The notes beneath the pieces are model-generated. The model saw only the letters and a program-made list of their open reading frames with translations, did not search any database and was not told the DNA's origin. 64,000 bases of DNA from Octopus bimaculoides (taxonomy: Eukaryota), in the NCBI RefSeq assembly GCF_001194135.2, contig NC_068982.1, positions 90,471,339 to 90,535,338 of the forward strand, written 5' to 3'. The translations under genes and the position numbers were made by a program. This document shows, one piece after another, positions 40,930 to 52,718 of the stretch. The stretch's first letter is position 1, and every line of letters starts with the position of its first letter.

Positions 40930-42500
40930 TTTATTTAAGAAATTACAAATGAAAAGAAAATATGGCTTCGCAAATCCAGAGAGCATTTAACTATTCCAGC
41001 AGTCGATACAATTCTAATTTCCCACAGAAAATGCATGAACGACAATAACAATGCTAACAAAAACAACAGTAGAAATATTAATCAACGTAGATGAAACGAC
41101 GCGTGAAAGCAAAACTGCCACCGCTGCCATCAACGAGTGCTGACCGAAGCAACAACAATGAGCATGGAGACCACAGCAACACCAACGACCATGATAAACA
41201 GAAAGAAGGGAAACCGAATTGTCGATTCGATACACCTGAAAATTCCACTTCTGCCACCATCAATAATACCAGCACCATCACCACCATTAACAATATCAGG
41301 TTTCTGAAGCCTGATCTGATGGTCACACTGAATCATTACATCCCACAGGATTTTGAAATCTTTATTCTCAGTAACTCCTTCCGAAATTTTGTCATACCAC
41401 GTCTTCAATGTGTTCCTTTAAATTTTGTCATACAACGTAGTCCTTTAAAGTTTCTATTTATTTGCACAATTATCAATTCTGATGATGCCGCACTTCTTCA
41501 CATGTTTCAGCAATGGTTCCACGGTACTTTTGACATACCATCCTAAGTCATTTTCCACTGCTTCAACATAATCCCGACAACTGGACAAACCTCTCCTAAT
41601 TCTTTTTTCGGACAAGAACAACCTGTCAGTTAGGATGGAATGCTCCGTCCACTGTCAATATTTTTCGTGTCTTTTTATCCGTACTGATCACTTCATTCTT
41701 TTGCCAATTTATGATTCCAGCTCCATACCAAATCGATGCTATCGCCCATAAATTTACTGCTGGGATTTTATTCTATCCTGTCAATTTTGAACGCAACACT
41801 AATCTTAGTCTTCGGAAATATTCTTTCCGCAGTTGTTCTTTCATTTCCTTCTCCATTATTTCATTGAACTGTAGTATGCCAAATTATTTATAGTCTTCCT
41901 TTTCAATGTTTCATCACTTCTCTATTTGATATTTCTATCCCTGCCAGGGACTGTACATTGCCTATTTTCAGTTTCACTATACCACTCTTCTTGAGTTCGA
42001 ATTCCATCTTAATATCAGCACTAAAACAGTGGACCGTGTTCACCAAGGAACTCATTTCTATCACATCCTTGCGATACAGCTTCAAATCACCATGAAGAGG
42101 AAATGGTTGATTCTTTGCGTTTTCCTTTGAATTGATATTCCAGGTTCACTTTCCTCAGTACTAAGGTCAGAGAGATCATCACACAAGGTACAAAAAGCAA
42201 CGAAGATAAGCTATCTCCTTGGAAATCCTTCTACCTATGTCCAGGATGCACAAGCTTTGTTCGTGCGATGTCAACTCAGTTTTCCAACCTACCAAACTTT
42301 TCTTCAGGAAACATGTTACATTCCTTGCAATTCCAAACATATCTAAGTACTCAATGATCCAAGAATGTGAAAAATATCGTAAGCTTTGCGGTAATAAATC
42401 CAAATCATTCCTAAACTTTCCTTCCTTCGCTTATAAACTTACATTACCATTTTGTTTGTCAATAATTGGTCTTTGGTACCTGTGCATCTCCTCCCAGGAC
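40930..42500 (-). mobile_element. R4/Dong-like LINE remnant (RT to RLE)
   Basis: HSWIIEYLDMFGIARNV; MKLYRKD...TVHCFSADIKMEFELKK; KILWDVMIQCDHQIRLQKPDIV; same family as 3171-5680. Confidence 0.88.
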
Positions 42501-42510
42501 CTTTTTGATC

Positions 42511-42569
<59 letters not shown>

Positions 42570-42603
42570 GTGTTGTTGTTGTCGTCGTCGTTGTTGTTGT
42601 TGT
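42511..42603. repeat. Compound (ATT)n-(GTT)n-(GTC)n-(GTT)n
   Basis: Directly visible. Confidence 0.97.
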
Positions 42604-43152
42604 AGTTGAGTGAGAGAGCAGCGCATGCCATCAAAGTGACAGTGGGGTACAAATATACGAAGCCCAATATACCTATCGTGACTAACCATCTGTTAAGGGT
42701 ACGCCAGGCAGATGCATCACAACCATATATGCGCAGCATGGTGACTTCAACTGAAGATGCGCATGATATTGCAGGTGAGCCCGGTTAGAATTTTATTCAA
42801 GTTGAATAGCCCATCCTGCTCAAACGATCCCTGAATAAGGGTTAAGGATGTTGAACGAACCGCCCATGTTTCTAGACGTGAATTGTTCAAACCCCAAAGA
42901 ATTCCTCTCAAGACATGGCTATGATGCTCACCCACTACTTCTGCTCGTGATCAGAGATGCACATATCGTCAGCCACCAAGGGACATGCTCAACTAGTTAA
43001 GTTCAAGGAACTGACAAGCAAATCTGTGGTATTGAGCAGAATATTTGCTGTGGCCCATTTTTTGCACCAAGATTAAACATGTACATGATAACACTTCCAA
43101 TCAGTTAAGATCAGAAGCCATGAGAGCCAGTGCCTGGTATTGATTCAGCGCA
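42604..43152 (-). mobile_element. Unclassified ~550-bp non-coding retro-like element with simple-repeat 3' tail
   Basis: More balanced GC than flanks; on the minus strand it ends ...gctgctctctcactcaac followed by (AAC)/(AAT)n; no Pol III boxes or protein motifs recognised. I recall it as a common octopus repeat, but it is single-copy in this window. Confidence 0.45.
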
Positions 43153-43400
43153 TTTTATTATTGCGATTATTTATACCATCATCATCCTCATCATCATCAC
43201 ATCACTATTATTAAGTGGTGGTTGACAGAAGTGTCAGAGCACCAAAGAAAATGCCATTTAGTTATATAATTACAATTCTTTCTGACCTCATTTAAATTTC
43301 GCCGGGAACAAGTTTGCCTTTCCACATTCCAGGGTCTTTAAAATGAGTGAGATACATAAGCTTTCTGCCTATAATTCAAATCATTATTAGAAATGCTGGA

Positions 43401-43488
43401 CTGCCAAACCGCCAAACTGCCAAACTGCCAAGCCGCCAAACCACCAGACCGTCAAACTGCCAAACCACCAAACCGCTAAACCGCCAAA
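43401..43488. repeat. 8-bp minisatellite, about 11 units of CYRCCAAA
   Basis: ctgccaaa ccgccaaa ctgccaaa ctgccaag ccgccaaa ccaccaga ccgtcaaa ctgccaaa ccaccaaa ccgctaaa ccgccaaa. Confidence 0.95.
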
Positions 43489-44099
43489 CCTGTTGCATTG
43501 CAAACATACCCTCTTTCACATTCTCTTGAAATCTCGGGGAGAGTCAACAGTTCTTTTAATTAATTAATTAAGCCAACTTGATAAAACAAATACCAATCAA
43601 GCAAGTCGGTTAATTAAACCTCCGGTAGTTTAGTCTCGCATCCAGCACTGCAGGGTTATTACAGCTTTTTATACCGCTTGGTTTTCAGGTCACTGTTCTG
43701 GAAGCTAGCAAAAATTTTAAAATAGCATTCAACGTAAAGAACGGAGGATTAGTGTGTCAACTGTCACAATCAATGCTAATTAATGGCGATGATGTAAATA
43801 GAGCTATGTTGAACTGGTAGTGGCAGGAGCCAAAAATAATCACGGTGAAACTATCAGTTGTTTTTATCTCTGTAACTATGACTAAATTTCTTGAAGTTAA
43901 GCATCTAGATTGACGACTTTCACTCTGCTGTCGTGTAAGAGTGTGAGAGAAGAATATAGTGGAGAGACAGCGAGAAAGAAACAAAAGAAGGCAGAGTTGG
44001 TTGCCTCGTTGGCTGATTCTCGTGTGTGGTTCTTTGAAATACATAATTCACAGATCAGAAACCCACCTCCACTGCATTCTTTTATCTTTTCTCGTTTAC

Positions 44100-44300
44100 T
44101 TGTTTTATTCACTGGGTTGAGGCTTTGCTGAGGTACCGCCTTGAAGAGTTTATGCGAACAAATCGACCGCAGTATTTACTTAGTTTTTAAAGTCTAGTAC
44201 CTATTCTGTTAACAACTATTATGCCGAACGGCTAAGTTACGGAGGCGTAAGCAAATCAGTATCGGTTGTCAAACAGTAGAAGGAGCAAACCGACAGTACA
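44100..44300 (-). mobile_element. Degenerate SINE 3' half (18167 family)
   Basis: accgccttgaagagtttatgcgaacaaatcgacc...gccgaacggctaagttacggaggcgtaagc aligns to the reverse complement of 18400-18560. Confidence 0.75.
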
Positions 44301-45701
44301 CACACACAAATATGTATACGTATGCGTGTGTGCGTGCGTGCGTGTATGCAAGTATGTGTGTGTGTGTGTTTGTATGTACGTATATGAAATATTAAGGTGG
44401 TTATTCGCAGTTTAGAACCGATAGGCAACAAATACATTAAAGTGACGGAAGTTTCTAGTAAGCACCAGCATTGCTAGAAATAAGTCAAGACAACTCTTAG
44501 CCACCTGAGAGCACTTTTCTAACGGTTGACAAGGCAGGCAGGCTCCCTCCGTACGACAAGCTAGATGGAGTTATATCAGCGCTGATTAAAGATTTAATCA
44601 GTCTTCATCAGCGACCGATTACTCCGCTGCTGAGGGTTAAGTCATTTTGTCAGCCTTATATATAATACCATAGGAAACATCGACTGATTTTCAAAATGGT
44701 GAAACGAGATTTATAAATTATTAAGCTGGCTATCTACAATTTAGAACCGATAGACAACAAGAGCAATTATATATATATATATATANNNNNNNNNNNNNNN
44801 NNNNNNNNNNNNNNNNNNNNNNNNNNNNNNNNNNNNNNNNNNNNNNNNNNNNNNNNNNNNNNNNNNNNNNNNNNNNNNNNNNNNNNNNNNNNNNNNNNNN
44901 NNNNNNNNNNNNNNNNNNNNNNNNNNNNNNNNNNNNNNNNNNNNNNNNNNNNNNNNNNNNNNNNNNNNNNNNNNNNNNNNNNNNNNNNNNNNNNNNNNNN
45001 NNNNNNNNNNNNNNNNNNNNNNNNNNNNNNNNNNNNNNNNNNNNNNNNNNNNNNNNNNNNNNNNNNNNNNNNNNNNNNNNNNNNNNNNNNNNNNNNNNNN
45101 NNNNNNNNNNNNNNNNNNNNNNNNNNNNNNNNNNNNNNNNNNNNNNNNNNNNNNNNNNNNNNNNNNNNNNNNNNNNNNNNNNNNNNNNNNNNNNNNNNNN
45201 NNNNNNNNNNNNNNNNNNNNNNNNNNNNNNNNNNNNNNNNNNNNNNNNNNNNNNNNNNNNNNNNNNNNNNNNNNNNNNNNNNNNNNNNNNNNNNNNNNNN
45301 NNNNNNNNNNNNNNNNNNNNNNNNNNNNNNNNNNNNNNNNNNNNNNNNNNNNNNNNNNNNNNNNNNNNNNNNNNNNNNNNNNNNNNNNNNNNNNNNNNNN
45401 NNNNNNNNNNNNNNNNNNNNNNNNNNNNNNNNNNNNNNNNNNNNNNNNNNNNNNNNNNNNNNNNNNNNNNNNNNNNNNNNNNNNNNNNNNNNNNNNNNNN
45501 NNNNNNNNNNNNNNNNNNNNNNNNNNNNNNNNNNNNNNNNNNNNNNNNNNNNNNNNNNNNNNNNNNNNNNNNNNNNNNNNNNNNNNNNNNNNNNNNNNNN
45601 NNNNNNNNNNNNNNNNNNNNNNNNNNNNNNNNNNNNNNNNNNNNNNNNNNNNNNNNNNNNNNNNNNNNNNNNNNNNNNNNNNNNNNNNNNNNNNNNNNNN
45701 N

Positions 45702-45753
<52 letters not shown>

Positions 45754-46082
45754 GTACACAAACACAAACACACACACAAATTGTAAATAGAATAGATGCA
45801 CTGAAATCTTTATGATAAAACTAAATATGAAATTCAATGTTTATGTAACCAACTGGTTTCACATTTTTTAAAAATATTGTTTTGAAATCAATGATGTTTC
45901 ACGACGAGCTGTTGTCTTAATTTTTTAATGGCTGATGGTAACAGGAAAGGCAAAATATAGCATAGTGACAGTAACAAGGCAGGTAATATGGAGAAGATGA
46001 ATTTCCTTCCATTAACTGAAATAATCAAATTTATCTAAAAGTAAATAAAATGAATTAGATTGAAACGTAGCCCAAATTAATT

Positions 46083-46875
46083 CAGTTTAAGTGAGGTCTG
46101 TATTTCTCAGTGAAATCGGTTTACCTACTTATCCAGTGTTGTTCAGATGTTTCCTCTCTACATTGATACAATGGAAATATTTTTAAAATTGCTCGGTGAT
46201 TCGTTGCAGATATATTTATACGTTCATACAGAAATATTTTTCTGTACCTGATAGATCGTATTTGCTCTGTATGAGTAGCACATTTTTCTCCATGGCATTC
46301 CAGCTTATCTTATATAATTTTCTCCAAATCCAGGTGTAAACATTCTTTACTCTGGAATACTGTCTTTGCTTGAAGCGAAATTCTAAATCTTTATACTAGT
46401 AAAGACGAGTCCATATTTGAATTGCCCACACATTTTGACTGTAATATAATTCAACATCTGCTAATATCATCTTTAGTCATTGTGCTTGTCTTCAACTTTT
46501 TGTAATTGTATGTCTTTGTAGAACTCAATTATTCCAGGCGTCTTTTTTCTGCATCGGCACATTTTGAAAAATATTACTTTAGGCTTCGTTGATGCTCGGA
46601 TTGAAAGTTAAAACATAAGGTAAAATTTCCAATCTTCTTTTTTACCTCTCTTACCATGTGGACATCACTTGTCTTGATTCGTTGTATCCCATCATCCATT
46701 AAGGATGGTAAATAATATTTACCAATGAGTACATCTTTAAGTTCTTGGAGTCGTATATCGCGCGTATTTGTAGGGGACACAATCATTTTGGCTAAATTGC
46801 AAAAAATCCTTTTCTTGCGTTTTGGATAACACGAATTAAAAATTAGTTATTTCTTGGAGTTAGTGGGTTTGTAAC
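46083..46875 (-). mobile_element. Penelope-like element, 3' part (RT C-terminus + GIY-YIG endonuclease), degenerate
   Basis: YKPTNSKK*LIFNSCYP...IVSPTNTRDIRLQELKDVL...LMDDGIQRIK; GENYI; ends EKYRPHLN* at 46083. Confidence 0.8.
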
Positions 46876-49800
46876 TATTATAATCCTTAAAATGTTGGAT
46901 TGTTATAACGCCCACTTCGGTATAGAGTATACCAGTAAAGACACGACTATCTCTGACCGCCTACGACGTGCTCTGGTATTTCACGTACATATCTTTACTT
47001 ATAGTGACTAAGTCATTCCATTCGTCACGTGGGAGGAGTGTACCATTATTACTAATTACATAAACATTTCCCCTTTTAAGTTTTCCTTAGGAAGTGTCAT
47101 TTTATTTAGCAATATTGTTTTTCTTCACCTCACCTCCATTTTTTGACGGGGTTTTTTTTCCGTACAATTTAATACTTTTTACACTTGGCATCTATTTTCA
47201 GGAACTCTGTATGTGTTCTTTTCTTCTCACTTGTACGCCTGAGTTCAATCACTTGTAGTGGCGTTGTTACTTGGAACGTATCGTACAACCATTCCATCGG
47301 TTCCTCTAACTTCTTTGGTTCGCTTTCCATTAATATCTTTTTCAGTTGGTTCCTGGGTCCCTTTTGTATGCCCTTTCTACTTTTTACCTAATACATCATT
47401 TTACCTATACATTTGGTAATTAGGCAATCTTCTCAACTCTACTTTCCATTCTAGTATGCCTTCATATACACCTTTTCCCTAGCTTTAAAGAATCTTGCTG
47501 TCTTCCCTGACACTTGTCTTTTCTTGCCAGACAGCAATTTATCAAAGACTGATTTTACTTTCCTTGCAAACATGAGCTCCACTGGTGAGCTACCTTCTGG
47601 TATATTTGGATTTGGTGTCACACGGTACACTCTTAAAAGCTGTTGTAGAACTTCCTTAATTGGCTCTCTTAGGGCTCTTTTGAAGGTATCGACAAAGCGT
47701 TGTACCTGTCTGATAGATCTGGGATGGTATGGCGCAGTAGTTATTTGTTCTACTGTGAACGTTCCACAATTTATTTTTTATTTCGCTAGACATAAATTGT
47801 GTTCCATTGTCAGACACTATCTTGTCTTGCAAACAATTCGTGTAAAAAAATTAATCACAGTTGAGGAGGTCGGTTTTTTACACTTGCGAATTTCAGGCCA
47901 TTTCGAAAAACTATCAACTATCACTGAGTAGTAAGAACCATTTAAAGGACCAGCGAAATCGATGTGCTGTCTTGACCACGGAACATCTACTTTTGAACAA
48001 TGTTTACTTTATATCGTGGGCAATTTTTTTTTATTTTGTTGTGGCTTACATACAAGTGTTTCACTCTGTTTTACTGCAAATTCTTGTTTCAGTCCCTCAG
48101 CCGCATTCGAACCTTCGGTTGAACCGACTATATTTCGACAGGAAACAATTATGGGCGTATTCCATATTTTGAATAGTTCCATCCATTCTGTGCCGAATAA
48201 ATTAAGTGATTTTTGCCGCTTTCGTTTGGCCTCGAAATGTTACATTACATACAAATAAACGAAAAATATAACCTTTTTTCCCGAAACACCATACGCTGCC
48301 TTTTTCGATTTAATTAATTTCGGCTTACAGACATATTTTCAAGTTTTTCGTTTATGGTGATATCACTACCAGTGTCCAACTGCATTTCAACACTTGTATT
48401 TCTGATTTTCACCTTCACAAATTTCCTCATTGTTATATTACCAACTTCTTCCGTTGACATACTATTTATTCTTTTTCCTTTGTTCTGACGTTTTTTTAAC
48501 TTCATTCTACAGTGCGTGTTTATGTTTCCGATATTACCACAACGAAAGCACTCCGTTTTTTTAGATGGATAATTTTTGCTCTGGTGTATATTTCCACATG
48601 CAAAACATGGGATTATTTCCTGATTTTTGTTGTGTATTTTACAAAACACTTTATCTCTATTCTGACTATTTCACACTCGCTTTTCTTGGAAACAATCTTT
48701 ACGTCCAATTTCCTCTGTGTCGTGTCTTAATTTGACTCTCCTTTCACATTCTTCTGAAACTTACTGTAGGGTTCCATCCTAGTTTTGTTCCAGCTTTGCG
48801 AGAATTCTAGTCCTAACTTCTGCGTCCTTTTCAGCAGTAAGTCCTTGTGTAAAAATGAGGCATTTAAATATATCTGGCGTTAATTCGTCCTGCTTAAACT
48901 TCTCGCATCCCCTGTTTAGTCTACCAGTTTATGTGATGTAGTCCCCGTCGTTGTTTATCTTTATGTTCTGAACGTTCTTCACTGAAACTTTTATTCAATA
49001 TATCTGTTGTGTCATTAAAGTTTATGTCCAAAGGTTTTCCTGATAGTACATAATTACAGTATCGTTCATGTTCTGTTGCCGCCAGGTTTCTCAAGATTAA
49101 GCGCGTTCTCATCTCATCATCCCAATCTTTACAGTCTTTCTTGACGATTTGCTCATACCTTCAGTCGTATGCTTCGAAGATAACTCCTTCGTCAGATTCG
49201 TATTTAAACTCTGTTATAGCGTTCGCGACACAGTTTGTCGAGAACACTTTTTCCGAGTTCTCTGATGACTTCAGTAAGTGCAGCATTTGGTGCCGTAATA
49301 TTATTTGTTGTTGCTATTTTGCAACTCGAGTAAACCTGCCAACAGATTTTCCATACTTTTACAATGTTTCGTAAAATTAATACACCAACTTTATGAGTCT
49401 ATTAACTTCTCTTCGAGTTTCTTAATTCCTCGTGAGTTGTTTAAATCCTCGTCGCCACTGTTGTAATCCTTTAAAATGTTGGATTGTTATAACTCCTACA
49501 TCAGTTGTTGTTGGCACTCCGTCGCTTACGACGTCGAGGGTTCCAGTCAATCCGATCAACGGAACAGCCTGCTCGTGAAATTAACGTGCAAGTGGCTGAG
49601 CACTCCACAGACACGTGTACCCTTAATGGGGATATTCAGCATGACACAGTGTGACAAGGCTGGCCCATTGAAATACAGGTACAACAGAAACAGGAAGAAA
49701 GTTGTGGTGAAAGAGTACAGCAGGGGTCGCCACCCTCACCCCCCTGCCGGAGCCTCGTGGAGCTTTAGGTGTTTTCGCTCAATACACACTCACAACGCCC

Positions 49801-50040
49801 GGTCTGGGAATCGAGACCGCGAAACTATGACCGCGAGTCCGCTGCCCTAACCACTGGGCCATTGCGCCTCCACGCCCACTTCAGTATATAGTATACTTAG
49901 TAAAACCAGTAAAGACACGACTATCTCTAACCGCCTACTACGTACTCTGGTACTTCACGTACTTCTCTTTACTTATAGGGACTAAGGTATTCAATTTTTC
50001 ATTGAGAGCGGGTTACCATTATTATTAATTCCCTACAACT
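46876..50040 (-). mobile_element. Mag-like gypsy LTR retrotransposon, internally deleted (gag-PR joined to IN; no RT/RNase H), 5-bp TSD GTAAC
   Basis: 3' LTR 46876-47066 and 5' LTR 49459-50040 (SINE-interrupted); PBS TGGCGACGAGGAT 49445-49457; PPT ttaaaaggggaaa 47067-47079; gag zinc knuckles CFACGNIHQSKNY/CFRCGNIGNINTHC; protease MQLDTGSDIT; integrase PWSRQHIDFAGPLNGSYY, VSDNG and YHPRS...RFVDTFKRAL; TSD at 46871-46875 and 50041-50045. Confidence 0.95.
49494..49873 (-). mobile_element. Full-length tRNA-derived SINE (13524 family) inserted in the 5' LTR
   Basis: Near-reverse-complement of 13524-13907; removing it restores gttataac|gcccact as in the 3' LTR at ~46905. Confidence 0.95.
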
Positions 50041-50410
50041 GTAACGTATGTCTGTCTCAATTTGTTGCCTTTCATTTTTAAAGCATTTAAAACTGGTAGT
50101 TTCTCTTGTCTATTCAAATATGAATTGAATGTTCGGTTGTATTTTAAATTCATTTATGTTCTTTATGTTTTCATTCCAAAGAATGAAGTAATTATCTGCA
50201 GATCTTCTCCAGTTGTCTCTTAAATATTGATTTGAAGAGTTTTCGCATTTCATTTAAGAATCTTTACGCATCGTAATTTTCAAATTTCTCACAGAAGTAG
50301 GCATCAAATATGAAACAGTTTGTTTGGAGAAGAAATTGTAATCTTTGTGCGTCACTTATTATTTTAATTTGTAAGGTTTTGAGTAAGCCATAGGAGAGCC
50401 TAATATTTAG
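50041..50410 (-). mobile_element. Penelope-like element, RT part upstream of the gypsy insertion
   Basis: Minus strand GSPMA...YLRDNWRRSADNYFILWNE (WRRYIDDIFI-like)...NIQF...IETDIR, continuing across the TSD into YKPTNS. Confidence 0.78.
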
Positions 50411-50425
50411 TTATGTAATCATATA

Positions 50426-50462
<37 letters not shown>

Positions 50463-50513
50463 GCACTCACACAAAAGTGCGCGTGTGTGAGAGAGAGAGA
50501 GGTAGAGAGAGAG

Positions 50514-50559
<46 letters not shown>

Positions 50560-52074
50560 GAGAGAGAAGTCGTTTCTCGAGAGATAATTTCAAAACTTAA
50601 TGATATGTATATTTGAGACACCCGTATCTGTCGTTGTTTTCCCGCTACGTGTTACCGGTCACTCGCAGTTACTTCTCTTAGTCCATTTATTTTGAACCAA
50701 ACACACACACACACAAACACACACACAGGTTCGTATACGTGCTTAAACATAAATCCTAAACACCTGACCAAATTCTTTGTAATATGCAGTTACTTCCCTT
50801 TAAACAGTTTTTTTTTTTAAATATATATAATTCCCAGCTATGAAATAAGAACAATAATTTGAATGCACCACTTGTTGTACATAAGTATTCTCGCGCTAGT
50901 GAATGATATGATGAACAGCCAAAACATATTTCTTAAAATATAAACTAAGCAACGAGTGATATACTTAATTTAACATGTTTATTGACAGAATAGCATTTGA
51001 AGGTAATGGAAACTATTCAAGGGAGATAACTTATGTCAGCTTATTAAATAGACTAACAAATACATTTTGCTGTCGATAAAGCCGATTATGAAAAGATTTC
51101 GATGTGAAGGTTACTTTTCTCGTGGTATATCTCATATGAATATGAAGAAATAGTCTCAGACGTTTCATAACCCTACCCCGTCCTTCTCTAATATTTTCGA
51201 TCGTTTTCAATATTAGTAAAAATCATATTAAAATTTATTAGGCAGGATTGTGTAAGGAGTAATGTAGAGGGTGCGAATTACAGGCTATGGAAAATAAATT
51301 GAAAGGAGCTCGCATTGTAGGACTGGAGGAAAAGCAGCATACGCTGTAGGGCTAGGAGTTAGTGTTGTGCATTGATGTGCCGGCCCAGAGCGCTGAATAC
51401 CCTGGTGCTGACGCTGCATCCTGTGGGTGACTCGTTCCTGATATTTGATTGCCTTAGTGCCTCTTCAATTTTTTTTTTATATAAGGCAAAGTTACTAAAG
51501 GCGAGGGCATAACCATAATGAAATTGTATTTAGACCTTGAGTATTTCTTTTTCTTTTTTGCTTACTGATGACAAAAGTTTTTCTCATATTCTAAGCCAGA
51601 AAAGGGTCCTTTGTAGATAAAAACAAGTATTATATCCGAATAAAAAAAATTACTAACAAAAATTCCTATCCCTGCAAGCTCGCACCATCTCTATAGCCCT
51701 TCTCATGGCACCCGCACTCACGGTGCCCCAGTAAAATTTGCTGTCTTTTTTGTGAGTTCACAATGCCATCGAAGGGATACGATAGTTCGGGTTAAAAACG
51801 ACTGATTTAGTCTCACAGGCAGTAAGAAATATACAAGAAAAATGCAAAGAAAGTTATTGAAAAAGTATTTTAGGATATGAGTGACAACAACCATTGTGGC
51901 TTGATAACCGCCAAACGGAAACAGAGTATTCAAGTTGGTTGTGATTAAACGAAGTGTAATATTACACTGTATATCAGCATGCATTATTGCTCATAGAGGG
52001 GGCACTTATCGGAGACCTAAGGGAATAGGGATCTTCAGATTTAAATACCTTACCCATGAGACCTGCCAACGATA

Positions 52075-52108
52075 GCTAGTTAGCTAGCTAGCTAGCTAGC
52101 TAGCTAGC

Positions 52109-52179
<71 letters not shown>

Positions 52180-52248
52180 AGAGAGAGAGAGACACACAGA
52201 GAGAGAGACAGAGAGAGAGANNNNNNNNNNAGAGAGAGAGAGAGACAC

Positions 52249-52341
<93 letters not shown>
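52075..52341. repeat. Compound (GCTA)n/(GATA)n/(GA)n/(GACA)n microsatellite
   Basis: Directly visible. Confidence 0.98.
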
Positions 52342-52622
52342 TAAATACTGTATGTATTGTAATATGATTGGTTGCGATATCTTTTTCAAATTCGAACGAA
52401 TACGTTGGTTATTGAAATTATGATAATTATAACGTACTCATATTCAATTATATAAATATGAAATTGGGGTTATTATAATTATAGATAACTAACTAAGCGC
52501 CCCTTTACCTCATTCTCTCTCTCTTTCTCTCTCTCTCTTACACACATACATACACACATACATACACATATATATATATCATATATATATGCATATATGC
52601 GTGTGAGTGTGTGTATGTATGT

Positions 52623-52718
<96 letters not shown>

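Noticed and set aside
17760-52020. Possible hAT-type MITE ends at 17760-17924, 27371-27571 and 51370-52020, and a pogo-like remnant at 20190-20500
   Set aside because: TIR matches are short and degenerate and no TSDs were found; too weak to list as features.
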